Positions 1 to 9,253 of a stretch of DNA of 64,000 bases are shown one piece after another; within the stretch, counting starts at the first letter, position 1; every line of letters starts with the position of its first letter. Source of the DNA: Chloroflexota bacterium (lineage in GTDB: Bacteria > Chloroflexota > UBA11872 > VXNJ01); assembly GCA_965217845.1 (NCBI GenBank), contig OZ244573.1:1976610-2040609 (forward strand), given 5' to 3'. The notes under the pieces were generated by a model, which was not told the DNA's origin, ran no database searches, and worked only from the letters and a program-made list of their open reading frames with translations. Position numbers and translations under genes: made by a program.

Positions 1-737
1 AGGACCGTGATCCGGCCGGCCAGCGGTCCGGCGGCCCCGGCCCGGCGCAGCTGGTCGGCCAGCGGTCCGGAGCCGGCGAACCGCAACCTTGGCACCGGGT
101 CAAGCATCGCCGCGGCCGCAAGCAGCGTCGCCAGCCCCTTTTCCAGCACCAGGCGGCCGGCGTAACCGACAACCAAACCGGCATCACCGTTGTCGCCCTC
201 ACCGGAAGGGGCAAAGTGGTCGGGATCTACGCCAAATTGCGGAATCGTAGCCACCGGGCCGCAAAAACCCTTGGCACGCAGGGCGGCGGCGGCCTGCTCT
301 GTGCCAGCGATGGCGCCGCATGTCCGGTAGCAGTAGCGTTCGATCTGGGCGAAAGGAGGCGGGTAGCGGCGCACGATGTTTTGCCAGGCGAAGAAGACAC
401 TGGCGATGCCGCGGCGCCGGGCAACGAACGCGGCCTGCCCGGCGGCCAGGTTGTAGGGTTCTTCGTCGATGTGCAGCAAGTCCGGCCGAAGCCGGTCCAG
501 CAAACGGCCCAGGTCGGGGTAATGGTGGAGATGGAAGCGGCCGTTCAGGCGGCAGTCCAAAAACTCCATCGCGTAACCCTCGAACGGACCCGTTTCAAAC
601 TCCTGCCGGGCCCGGCCGGCCCCCCAAAATCGCGGTCCGGCGGCGAACACATCAAGTCCGGGCCGCTCGGCAAGGGCGGTCAGTTTCTTGCGGTATTCGA
701 GCGCCAGCAGGGCCTTGGACAGCATCAGGATCTTCAT
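1..737 (-). CDS. Glycosyltransferase family 4 (GT1/GT4 fold), N-terminal part; the gene runs off the window start
   Basis: Manual translation of the minus strand from ATG (cat at 735-737) gives MKILMLSKALLALEYRKKL...VVGYAGRLVLEKGLATLL..., a typical GT4 N-domain. It is not in the ORF track because it is truncated by the window edge. Its ATG overlaps the TGA of the upstream GT (ATGA coupling). Confidence 0.65.
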   Translation of the reverse strand, partial: MKILMLSKALLALEYRKKLTALAERPGLDVFAAGPRFWGAGRARQEFETGPFEGYAMEFLDCRLNGRFHLHHYPDLGRLLDRLRPDLLHIDEEPYNLAAGQAAFVARRRGIASVFFAWQNIVRRYPPPFAQIERYCYRTCGAIAGTEQAAAALRAKGFCGPVATIPQFGVDPDHFAPSGEGDNGDAGLVVGYAGRLVLEKGLATLLAAAAMLDPVPRLRFAGSGPLADQLRRAGAAGPLAGRITV

Positions 738-1798
738 GTCAGCTCCCGGTACACCGCCAGCGTCCGCTGGGCCGTGCGCAGCCAGTTGAGTTCCTCGGCG
801 CGTTCGGCGCCGGCGTCCATGAGTTCGGAACGGGCCAGCGGATCGGTATCTAGAACCTGGATTGCCTCGGCCCATTGGTCGGGATCATCCGGCGAAAGCA
901 GCAGGGCCGCCCCGCCGGTCACTTCGGGGATTGCGCTGCAATCGGCGGCAATTACCGGCACGCGGTGCGCCATGGCCTCCAGCGGTTCCAAGCCGAAGCC
1001 CTCGTAACGCGAAGGGAAGAGCAGCATCCGCGCACCGGCGTACAGGGCGTGCTTACGCGCTTCACTGATCCGTCCCGTGAAGCGAACCCAAGCTTCGACG
1101 CCCAGGGAACGGGCCAGTGCGGCGTGGTCGGGCAGGAGCTCGGTGCCCGCATTGGGGACCGAACCAGCGACAACCAGCTGCGGGCGCTGCGACTCCTTGA
1201 TATGGGCCAGCGCCAGGATCGTCACGGCGATGTTCTTGCGCACATCGCCCGAGCCCAAGTAAAAGCAATAGGGACGGCGGATGTCCAGGTCTCTCAAGTG
1301 CAGGTCGGTTTCGGCCCGGCTAATTGCCGGCGCCGGATGCACTCCCAGGTAAATCACGCGCACCCGTTCGCGCTGAATCTGCAGATAGCGGACTATGTCG
1401 TCGGCGGTCGCCTCCGAATCGGCAATTACCAGGCGGGCGCGGCGCACCGCCCGGGCCATCAACTGCAGGTAAAGACGCCAGCGCGGGTCGGCGGCATATT
1501 CGGGCATCGCGAACCCGATCAGGTCGTGGACGGTGACGACATCCATCCGACCCAGCAAAGGTCCGCAGAAATAGGGCACGTGGCAAATATCGGGCCGGCG
1601 TCCAAGCACCGTCAGCGGCCACCCGCACTGTTCCCACCACAGCTTGTCCAGTCGTAGCCCCAGGCGTTGCGGCGGAAGGGCGACATCGATCCGGAAATCG
1701 GGGGCGGCACGGCGCATTGCGGCGCAGAGGTTCTCGAAGTACTGTCCCGAACCGGTTGTGCGCTGACCTGCAAACTGCCCGCTGAGAAGGATGTGCAT
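734..1798 (-). CDS. Glycosyltransferase family 4
   Basis: The C-terminal two-thirds of the 591-aa ORF matches GT4 (…GSGDVRKNI…LVVAGS…RYEGFGLEPLEAMAHRVPVIAADCSAIPEVTG…). Trimmed to the internal ATG at 1796-1798 (MHILLSGQF…) because the 5' extension overlaps the neighbouring membrane-protein ORF in another frame. Confidence 0.8.
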   Translation of the reverse strand: MHILLSGQFAGQRTTGSGQYFENLCAAMRRAAPDFRIDVALPPQRLGLRLDKLWWEQCGWPLTVLGRRPDICHVPYFCGPLLGRMDVVTVHDLIGFAMPEYAADPRWRLYLQLMARAVRRARLVIADSEATADDIVRYLQIQRERVRVIYLGVHPAPAISRAETDLHLRDLDIRRPYCFYLGSGDVRKNIAVTILALAHIKESQRPQLVVAGSVPNAGTELLPDHAALARSLGVEAWVRFTGRISEARKHALYAGARMLLFPSRYEGFGLEPLEAMAHRVPVIAADCSAIPEVTGGAALLLSPDDPDQWAEAIQVLDTDPLARSELMDAGAERAEELNWLRTAQRTLAVYRELT

Positions 1799-1833
1799 AA
1801 AGTTGCGCGGCAGACGCGCCGATCGCCGGCGCG

Positions 1834-2367
1834 CTAGGTCTTGTTCACACCGATACGGCGGCCCACTCCGTAGAGCGTGCTGTCGTCGTATTTTTCCTGG
1901 TGTTTGAGCTGCAGCAGGACCGATATCGCGGCCGCCCCGATGAAGAGTTCCCAGGAGCGGTCGACAACCCCGAACACGAACGGAAACATCCGGTAGGCGA
2001 CCGAGGTGGCAAAGAAAGTGCGCCGCCTGGTCAGCAGTGCCACCGCCCAGATCCCGATTGAGATGGCCGGAATTATCGGAAATGTCCGCCCCAGATAGAT
2101 ATCCAGGAAAAAAGCCCCCCAACCGAATACCGTCGTGCCCCGGCTGCCGCCGCGGAAGCGGGTGAACATCGGCCAAAGCGCACCGGCGGTGGCGCAGAAG
2201 ATTCCGACCATCAAGGCGCCCCGATCGCCCGGCAGGAACACGTGCGCGATATGCACCGCCAGCAGGCCAACGGCGCAGTTGCTGGCAAAGGTCATTACCG
2301 CCGGGCGGTAGCCGCCGTTGAAGAACGAACTGTAGATCGAAGCGTTGCCCGTACCCACACGGCGCAA
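1834..2367 (-). CDS. Hypothetical polytopic membrane protein (glycan-cluster associated)
   Basis: 177-aa ORF with several hydrophobic helices (…GWGAFFLDIYLGRTFPIIPAISIGIWAVALL…). It sits in the glycosyltransferase cluster. The true start may lie upstream at a GTG/TTG. Confidence 0.4.
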   Translation of the reverse strand: MRRVGTGNASIYSSFFNGGYRPAVMTFASNCAVGLLAVHIAHVFLPGDRGALMVGIFCATAGALWPMFTRFRGGSRGTTVFGWGAFFLDIYLGRTFPIIPAISIGIWAVALLTRRRTFFATSVAYRMFPFVFGVVDRSWELFIGAAAISVLLQLKHQEKYDDSTLYGVGRRIGVNKT

Positions 2368-2672
2368 ATCGGCATGCGCGAATACGCGCGTCCACAGATA
2401 AGCGCACGGAATCGAGCCGAGCGCGTAAGTGGTGAGCGCAAGGGCCGCGTATTGGGCAAGGTCGCCAGCTACCGCTATCGGCCACCCCCAACATGTGAAG
2501 GCCCTTCAATCACCCTGATTCGCAAAGCTAGCTTAGTGGCGATCAAATCGGGCCTGCCCGGCAGGCAAATTCGACAGGTCGCCTCATTTTACGGGGCGTT
2601 TGCGGTGGCAACCGCCACGCATCGACCCTGAAAATCACTACGCCCACCACCCGCTACAGAAATGCTCATTAC

Positions 2673-3632
2673 ATGCCGCTTGACCCGCAATTGTTCAACC
2701 CGGGGGCCGTGAGCCCGGAAATGGCCGCATTCAACGCCGAATTGGCGGCGGCATTGGCCGCCGCACCGCCGCTTACCGAAATGGACCCGGCCGAGGCCCG
2801 CCGCGCACAGCGCGAAGGCAGCCCGGGAAGTCCGCCGCCGCCGCGCTTGGACATCGCCCGCACAATCACCTGTCCCGGGCCGACGGGCGCGGTTCCGCTG
2901 CGGATATTTGAGCCCGCCGATTTGGACGGCGCCTACTTGCACATTCACGGCGGCGGTTGGGTCCTGGGCGGCTTCGATCAACAGGATGAGGAGCTTTGGG
3001 CGATGGCCCAGGCAACCAATCTAGCGGTAATCAGCGTCGAATACCGGTTGGCGCCCGAACATCCCTATCCGGCCGGTCCTGACGATTGCGAGGCCGCCGC
3101 CCGTTGGCTATTGGAGAACGGGCAGGCGCAATTCGGGACCGATCGGCTGCTGACCGGCGGGGAGTCGGCCGGAGCCCACTTGTCCGCGGTGACGGTCCTG
3201 CGAATGCGCGACCGTCACGGCTTTGCCGGCTGGGCGGGGGTAGATTTCGTCTACGGCGCCTTCGATTTCAGCAACGCCTGCCCGGCACGAGCCGAGATCG
3301 GAGTCGACAGCCTTCTGATCAACGCAACCAATATTCCCTGGTTCGTTTCCCAATTCCTCTGGGGTCAGGACATCGACCCCGCCGATCCGGATCTCTCGCC
3401 GCTGCGCGCGCCCCTGCACGGATTGCCGCCGGCCCTGTTCAGCGTCGGTACCGCTGACCCGCTGCTGGACGATTCGCTGTTTATGCACGCGCGCTGGATC
3501 GCGGCCGGCAATCCCGCCAAAATCGAGATCTATCCCGGTGCCACGCACGCATTTGATTCGCGCGAATCGCCATTGGCAACCCAATTCCGCCAGCGCCGCT
3601 ACGAGTTCCTGCGCTCCTGTTCCAGGGATTAG
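2673..3632 (+). CDS. Alpha/beta-hydrolase fold-3 esterase/lipase
   Basis: HGGGW oxyanion-hole motif and GESAG nucleophile elbow (GXSXG); 319 aa. Confidence 0.85.
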   Translation: MPLDPQLFNPGAVSPEMAAFNAELAAALAAAPPLTEMDPAEARRAQREGSPGSPPPPRLDIARTITCPGPTGAVPLRIFEPADLDGAYLHIHGGGWVLGGFDQQDEELWAMAQATNLAVISVEYRLAPEHPYPAGPDDCEAAARWLLENGQAQFGTDRLLTGGESAGAHLSAVTVLRMRDRHGFAGWAGVDFVYGAFDFSNACPARAEIGVDSLLINATNIPWFVSQFLWGQDIDPADPDLSPLRAPLHGLPPALFSVGTADPLLDDSLFMHARWIAAGNPAKIEIYPGATHAFDSRESPLATQFRQRRYEFLRSCSRD

Positions 3633-3660
3633 GCGGCAACCCCGCCCCCGGCGCGGTCGC

Positions 3661-4794
3661 TCAGGTAAGCGCGCGCCGATAGCTGGCCACGGTCTGCGCC
3701 GCGGCCCGGTCCCAATCAAAGCTGGCGGCGCGATCGCGTCCGGCGGCCAGACGGCGCTCGCGCCCCGGACCGGATTCCAGCGCACGCTCGAGCGCGTCGG
3801 CGATCTCGCCAACGTCGTAGGGATTTGCGAGCAGGGCGGCGCCGGCGGCGATCTCAGGCATGCACGAAGCGCTGCTCGTCACCACCGGAGTCGAGTGCGC
3901 CATGGCTTCGATCATTGGCAGTAGAAACCCCTCGGCCTCAGAGACCGCCGCCAGGACCGCGGCGCGGTGATAGAGCGCCCTTAGCAGACCGTCGTCGACG
4001 GTGCCAAGGCGCATCAGGAATTCCCACCCGGTTTGTTCGATTCGGCCCAGCTCTTCGTCCGAAATCCATCCGGTCGCCCCGGCGTGAACCAATCCCAGCT
4101 CGTGCCCGCCCTGGCGCAGGTTCGCGACCGCCTCGACCGTGCGTAGCACGTTCTTGCGTGGCTGCAGGGTACCAACGCTGAGCACGAAACGCTCCGGCAG
4201 CCCCAGATCATCCAGGCGGGCCAGATCGGCGGCGTCCGGCGGGGCCGCCAGATACGGGTCCAGTCCGTTGTAGATCACATCGATCCGGTCGGGCTCGAAC
4301 CCCAGCAGCTCGGCAACGTCGGCAGCGGTGTGCGCCGAAACACAGTGAACCCGGTCGGCGAACCCGAGGCTTCGCCGCACCGCCCTGTCCAGGCGCTCTC
4401 GCAGACGCGCTTCGGCGGTGTGCGGGTGGGTCAGATAGGTCAGGTCATGGATAGTTAGCACCCGTCGGCGGGCGAACGAAAAGGGCAGAACGAAATCAGG
4501 CGAATGCAGCAGGTCAAGGCGGCCCGTGAACAGTTCGACCGGAATCGGCGCCCGCAGGCGTTGCCAGAGCACCCACCCTACCCGCGGCGAAACCGGGATC
4601 AGTGCCGGAATCACACCATGGTCGGCCAGGACCTCCTCAAACCGCCTGGCGATTCGCTGGCCCAGGTAGAAGACGACCCATTCGATATCGGGGTCGCGGC
4701 GGCGCAGCAGCGCCAGCAACAGCGATCGCGCCGCGCGGCCGATGCCGGCTCCCTGCCAGGCGGCGGCGGTAGCGTCGAATCCGATCCGGGTCAA
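3661..4794 (-). CDS. Glycosyltransferase family 4
   Basis: 377 aa with GT4 C-domain motifs (…SEAEGFLLPMIEAMAHSTPVVTSSASCMPEIAAGAALL…). Its start overlaps the stop of the upstream ligase-like gene (ATGA). Confidence 0.85.
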   Translation of the reverse strand: MTRIGFDATAAAWQGAGIGRAARSLLLALLRRRDPDIEWVVFYLGQRIARRFEEVLADHGVIPALIPVSPRVGWVLWQRLRAPIPVELFTGRLDLLHSPDFVLPFSFARRRVLTIHDLTYLTHPHTAEARLRERLDRAVRRSLGFADRVHCVSAHTAADVAELLGFEPDRIDVIYNGLDPYLAAPPDAADLARLDDLGLPERFVLSVGTLQPRKNVLRTVEAVANLRQGGHELGLVHAGATGWISDEELGRIEQTGWEFLMRLGTVDDGLLRALYHRAAVLAAVSEAEGFLLPMIEAMAHSTPVVTSSASCMPEIAAGAALLANPYDVGEIADALERALESGPGRERRLAAGRDRAASFDWDRAAAQTVASYRRALT

Positions 4795-6182
4795 GGCCAG
4801 CCCCGCGGGACCCGCGGACAGAGCGCGAATCCGATGGCCATGCCCAGCATGATTCCCAGACCCCCGACGATCATGTAATCGACCAGGCCGTGCAGCAGGA
4901 AGGCCGCCAGCAGACAGGCCGTCCCGGTGTCGATCCAGTCCGCTCCCGATCCGGCCAACCTGGCCGCCAGCGGCCTGAGGCAGGAAAGTAGCGCAGATGC
5001 AAACAACGCCAGGCCCACCAGGCCGATCTCGCTGGCCAGCACCAGGGCCAGGTTGTGCGCGTGGCCGAGCGATTCGAACCAGGGCGAGACCATGTAGTCG
5101 GGGTAGGCCTCATCGAAATTGCCCAGGCCGACGCCGCCCGCCGGATTGGCGGCGACCATCCTGGCCGCCGCCAGCCAGAACCCGATTCGCTGATCGATGG
5201 AAAAGCTCTGACGGCTGGGATCAGAAACCGCGTCGCGCGGTCGGATCGAACCCTCCAACAGACCGGCCGGTTCGGCCGGCAGTTGCGTGGTCGCCAGCAG
5301 GGCCAGCAGCGCAGTTGCCGCGACCAGCCCGACCACGGTTGCCGACAACGGGTGCAGGACCCGGCGCCGCAGTCGCGGATAGGTCAGCAGCAGCGCGATC
5401 GCGGTGATGCCGGCGACCGCGAGCCAGGAACCACGCGAGAAAGACAGCAGAACCCCCGCCAGGGCCAGGGCGGCCACGCCGGCTCCGATCCAGCGGGTAC
5501 GACCGCGGCCGGAGAGCGCCGCCGGCAGGGCGAACGCAAATCCCATCGCCATGAACGATCCGAAGGGGTTGGGCTGCCCGAACGTGCCGAGCAGGCGCGG
5601 CACCGGTGCCGCCGCCACTCCGACGCCATTTAGGGCCAGGGTCAGGGTCAGCACGATTTCCAGGGCGAATACGCCGGCTGCTCCCAACAACAGGGTTCTA
5701 AGATCAGCGCGTTCGCGGGCCAGGTCGCAGGCCAGCAACATCGCCACGATCAGCTCGCACCACTTGGCAAATTCCTTCACTACCGGGCCAACCTCAGGAG
5801 CCCAGAACACCGAGGCGGCTCCGTAGAGGACCAGACAGATCCAGAGGGTTGCCTGTACCGGAATGAAGAACGGTCCGCGGCGGCGAAACAGCAGCGTCCA
5901 GGCTATCGCCAGCGGCAGCGCCAGTTCGGTGATCGTTATGTCGGCGATATCAGTACGAACCGCCAGCAGGGTTCGCAGCGGCACCGCCGCCAGCAGCAGG
6001 ATCAGGCCCCAGGCCGGCGACGGGTGCCAGCGGGAACTAAGAGATGCCGCGCGCGGCCGCCGGTCTGGCGTCGGCGCCAACGGTCGACTACCCATCAATG
6101 CGGCTGCTCCCGTAGCGATCCCATCGTGTTGATTTTTGACTCGGACGCGCCGGCGATCGGCGACAGGAAGGCGGGTGCGCAA
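4791..6182 (-). CDS. O-antigen ligase / O-antigen polymerase-like (Wzy_C domain) integral membrane protein
   Basis: About 10 TM helices plus a periplasmic loop with the Wzy_C-like signature (…LSFSRGSWLAVAG…). The real start is probably internal (e.g. the Met near 6095), because the first ~30 residues are Arg-rich. Confidence 0.65.
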   Translation of the reverse strand: MRTRLPVADRRRVRVKNQHDGIATGAAALMGSRPLAPTPDRRPRAASLSSRWHPSPAWGLILLLAAVPLRTLLAVRTDIADITITELALPLAIAWTLLFRRRGPFFIPVQATLWICLVLYGAASVFWAPEVGPVVKEFAKWCELIVAMLLACDLARERADLRTLLLGAAGVFALEIVLTLTLALNGVGVAAAPVPRLLGTFGQPNPFGSFMAMGFAFALPAALSGRGRTRWIGAGVAALALAGVLLSFSRGSWLAVAGITAIALLLTYPRLRRRVLHPLSATVVGLVAATALLALLATTQLPAEPAGLLEGSIRPRDAVSDPSRQSFSIDQRIGFWLAAARMVAANPAGGVGLGNFDEAYPDYMVSPWFESLGHAHNLALVLASEIGLVGLALFASALLSCLRPLAARLAGSGADWIDTGTACLLAAFLLHGLVDYMIVGGLGIMLGMAIGFALCPRVPRGWP

Positions 6183-6226
6183 AAATCGGCCGGCGGCAAT
6201 TGGTCAGGGACAGCGTCACCGCAGCG

Positions 6227-6754
6227 ATGCAATCGGACTTGGTATATCTGGGATTGGGCAGCAACCTGGGTGATCGCTACCGCCAGTTGCTGGCGGCGCT
6301 CAAGCTGCTGGGACCGCACCTGGGCGGCATGGAGCATTCGTCGGTTTATGAATCGCCGCCGTGGGGCATTTTGGACCAGCCGAGTTTCCTCAACTGCTGC
6401 TGCAGCGGGCGCTGGGAAGGACGACCGCAGGAGCTGCTGCGAAAGATTAAGGCGATTGAGGCGCGCTTGGGTCGCCGCCCGACGCGGCGCTGGGGAGAGC
6501 GGCTGATCGACATCGACATCCTCATCCTGGGCGATGTCGTTATCAGCACGGCGGATCTGCAAATCCCGCACCCGCAGCTGGCCAATCGCCGGTTCGTCTG
6601 CCGACCGCTGGCCGATCTTTCTCCGGACCTGGTGGTTCCCGGACTGGGCGCGAGCGTTGCGGCCCTTGCCGACAGACTGGCCGCCAGCGAATCATTAAAC
6701 CTCTGGCGCGAACGGGAGGAAGTGGCCGCCGACCGGCTCGCGGACGGATCCTGA
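6227..6754 (+). CDS. folK: 2-amino-4-hydroxy-6-hydroxymethyldihydropteridine pyrophosphokinase (HPPK)
   Basis: VYLGLGSNLGDR … WGERLIDIDIL motifs typical of HPPK. The ORF track starts at 6200; the internal Met at 6227 sits just before the conserved N-terminus. Confidence 0.85.
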   Translation: MQSDLVYLGLGSNLGDRYRQLLAALKLLGPHLGGMEHSSVYESPPWGILDQPSFLNCCCSGRWEGRPQELLRKIKAIEARLGRRPTRRWGERLIDIDILILGDVVISTADLQIPHPQLANRRFVCRPLADLSPDLVVPGLGASVAALADRLAASESLNLWREREEVAADRLADGS

Positions 6755-6755
6755 T

Positions 6756-8048
6756 TTGGACTACGTTGAGGCTCTTGACCTGCTCTATGCGCGCTCGGAT
6801 CCCGAGCGCGGCCCGGGGTTCTGGACCGGCGGCGGTGATCCGACCATGGGGCCGGAGCGCACCCGCGCGATGCTGGCCGAGGCCGGTGAGCCCCAGGAGA
6901 AGGTCTCCTGCTTTCACGTCGCCGGAAGCACTGGCAAAGGCACAACTTGCCTCTATCTGGCCGCAGCACTACGGCAACTTGGACTGCGGACCGGCCTTTA
7001 CACCCAGCCCCACCTGCATTCGTACCGCGAGCGGATCCAGTTGGGGACTGAGCCGATCCCGGCAAGTGAATTTGCGGCCGGATTCGAGCGCGCGCTCGAC
7101 TATGAATGCATCTACCGGCGGCGCGGTCCCGACCTGGGGCCGGCCACGACCTTTGAGCTCACAACGGTGATGGCGTTCGATTGGTTCGCGCGCCGGGGGG
7201 CCCGGTTCGCAGTCGTCGAAACCGGTCTCGGCGGGCGCCTCGATGCCACCAATGTGATATCCGCGCCCGATTGCGTGCTGCTAACGCCGATCGGACTCGA
7301 GCACACTCAGATCCTGGGCCACGAATTGGGCCAGATCGCTGCCGAAAAAGCCGCGATCATCAAGCCCGGCGGCGCGGTGGCATGCGCCCCGCAACCGCGG
7401 GCCGCGGCGGCGATCATCGCAGATCGCTGCCGCCAACAGGGCGCGCAGCTCGAATTCCTGGGGCCGGCCGAAATCGAATCGGCCCGGCGGCGCATCCCCG
7501 CGTCCCACCTGGCGGCCAGCGCGGCCCTGGCCGTGCTGGGGCTATCGCAGGCCGCAATCATCGCCTCGCCGGGGTCGGTGCTCGACGGATTGGCCAAGGC
7601 ATCGCTGCCGGCCCGCTGCGAAGTATTCGCGGGGCCTCCGCTGCTGCTCGTCGACGGCGGCCACACCGTCCACGCCATGGAGTGCCTGGCCGCGTTCATC
7701 GGCGAGCGATTCCGGAACCGGTCAGTGCAACTGGTTTTTGGTTGCTCCGCCGACAAACCAGCGTCCGAGTTGCTCGGCGCCTGGAGCGGTCGGATCGCCG
7801 GGCTTCACCTCTGCGCCGCCCAGCATCCCCGGGCGGCGGCGGCGGAAGAACTTGCCGCGGCAGCGCCTTTTGCCCACGGTCGGATCCACGCCGACGTCGA
7901 AAGCGCGCTAGCGGGAGCGCGCGCCGCGGCCGGGCCCGAGGCGGTCATCGTCGCCACCGGCAGCATGTACGTGGCCGCCGCCGCCCGTGCCCAGGCGCCC
8001 GGGTTCGGCGCAACCCCGGAACCGATCCCGGCGGCACCGTTGCCTTGA
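6756..8048 (+). CDS. folC: Dihydrofolate synthase / folylpolyglutamate synthase (Mur-ligase family)
   Basis: P-loop HVAGSTGKGTT and the Mur-ligase middle/C-terminal domains; it immediately follows folK. Confidence 0.85.
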   Translation: MDYVEALDLLYARSDPERGPGFWTGGGDPTMGPERTRAMLAEAGEPQEKVSCFHVAGSTGKGTTCLYLAAALRQLGLRTGLYTQPHLHSYRERIQLGTEPIPASEFAAGFERALDYECIYRRRGPDLGPATTFELTTVMAFDWFARRGARFAVVETGLGGRLDATNVISAPDCVLLTPIGLEHTQILGHELGQIAAEKAAIIKPGGAVACAPQPRAAAAIIADRCRQQGAQLEFLGPAEIESARRRIPASHLAASAALAVLGLSQAAIIASPGSVLDGLAKASLPARCEVFAGPPLLLVDGGHTVHAMECLAAFIGERFRNRSVQLVFGCSADKPASELLGAWSGRIAGLHLCAAQHPRAAAAEELAAAAPFAHGRIHADVESALAGARAAAGPEAVIVATGSMYVAAAARAQAPGFGATPEPIPAAPLP

Positions 8049-8149
8049 TCAATTCCCAACCCGTTCACCAACCTCCGGCATCGCCCCGGAACCGGGCGCG
8101 GCCGGTAACTCCGCTCCCGGCGCGGGGCCGCCTGCGGCGAATTCTCAAG

Positions 8150-9253
8150 ATGATCTTGCGCTCAGCCCTGCTGCCGCTTGTCGGGATCGTCGCGGCGGCG
8201 GAGCGGCGCCTGCGGCGGATCCCGGCGGCGCCGAACGCGGGAACCTGGCCCTACGCCGAGGAACCGCAAACAGCCCTCATCGTGCGCCTCGACCTGCTCG
8301 GCGACTGCTTGCTCACGCTCCCCGCGGTCGCCGCCCTCAAGCAGGCCCACCCGGGCCTGCACGTCACATTTCTGGCCGCGCGCGGCAGCGCCGAACTGCT
8401 GCGCTTATCGCCGGCGGTGGACGAGGTCAAGGAGTGCGATCTGGCCGAACTCACTCACCTGCGGGCCCTGGCCAACCTCAATGGCTGGCGCGCCGCGGCG
8501 CGGCTGTTGGCAGAACTGCGACGATCCCGCTTCGATATCGCCGTTGCCGCTTACGGGCCGCTGGCGCGGACTCTGGTGGCACTGTCGCTGGCCCGCCACC
8601 GCATCGCCGACGGGAAAGGCTCCCCGGCAGTCGACCGGGACCGGCGTATCGCCGCCGGCGAGCACGAAATTGAACACCTGCTGGATCTGGCAACGGGATC
8701 GGACGCGCCTCCGGTAGCTTGCCCGCTGGCGCCGGACCAACCCGCACCGACGGACACCGCGCGGGCGGCGATCCTCTGCCCGGGAACCCGTTCCGGGTCG
8801 GCCAAAGCCTGGCCGACCGCCTACTGGCGACAGCTGGCGGCAGCTCTTGGCGACCGCGGGTTCCGCCCGGTGGTTGTGGGAACTGGCGCCGAAGCGCCCC
8901 TGGCGGGCAGCATCTGCGCGCAGCGGCCGGACCTTGTCAACCTGGCGGGCAAGCTATCGCTAGGGCAATTGGCGGGGGTGCTATCCCAGGCCCGGCTGGT
9001 CGTGGGGATCGACAGCATGCCGATGCACCTGGCCTCGCTGCTGGGAGCTCCGACGCTGGGCCTGTTCGGGCCAACCGATCCCCGGCGTTACCGGCCGCGG
9101 GGGCGCAGCCGGGCGCTCAGAGTCGGGATCGGGTGCGCACCCTGTTACGACCAGCGGGCGCCGCCGGAATGCCCGTTCGGAGACCGCCTGTGCATGCACT
9201 GGCTTGAACCGGAGCGGGTGCTGGCGGCGGCGCTGCAGATTGCCGATGGCTGA
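8150..9253 (+). CDS. Glycosyltransferase family 9 (ADP-heptose:LPS heptosyltransferase-like)
   Basis: Only the C-terminal 367 aa of the 690-aa ORF are protein-like (MILRSALLPLVG…LDLLGDCLLTLPAV…GIDSMPMHLASLLGAPTLGLFGPTDP…). The upstream 320 codons are an out-of-frame overlap with folC (Arg/Pro-rich). Confidence 0.75.
   Translation: MILRSALLPLVGIVAAAERRLRRIPAAPNAGTWPYAEEPQTALIVRLDLLGDCLLTLPAVAALKQAHPGLHVTFLAARGSAELLRLSPAVDEVKECDLAELTHLRALANLNGWRAAARLLAELRRSRFDIAVAAYGPLARTLVALSLARHRIADGKGSPAVDRDRRIAAGEHEIEHLLDLATGSDAPPVACPLAPDQPAPTDTARAAILCPGTRSGSAKAWPTAYWRQLAAALGDRGFRPVVVGTGAEAPLAGSICAQRPDLVNLAGKLSLGQLAGVLSQARLVVGIDSMPMHLASLLGAPTLGLFGPTDPRRYRPRGRSRALRVGIGCAPCYDQRAPPECPFGDRLCMHWLEPERVLAAALQIADG

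Noticed and set aside
216-1007. 263-aa plus-strand ORF (plus 320..853 and 875..1657)
   Set aside because: It is antisense to two well-supported GT4 genes. The sequence is Gly/Arg/Pro-rich and low-complexity, as expected of high-GC antisense frames.
1799-2509. 5' extension of the 591-aa ORF 734..2509
   Set aside because: It overlaps the membrane-protein ORF 1834..2367 in another frame and lacks GT similarity. The gene was trimmed to the ATG at 1798.
7181-8149. 5' two-thirds of the 690-aa ORF 7181..9253
   Set aside because: It is an out-of-frame overlap with folC and consists of Arg/Pro/Gly runs. Only the portion from the ATG at 8150 has GT9 similarity.
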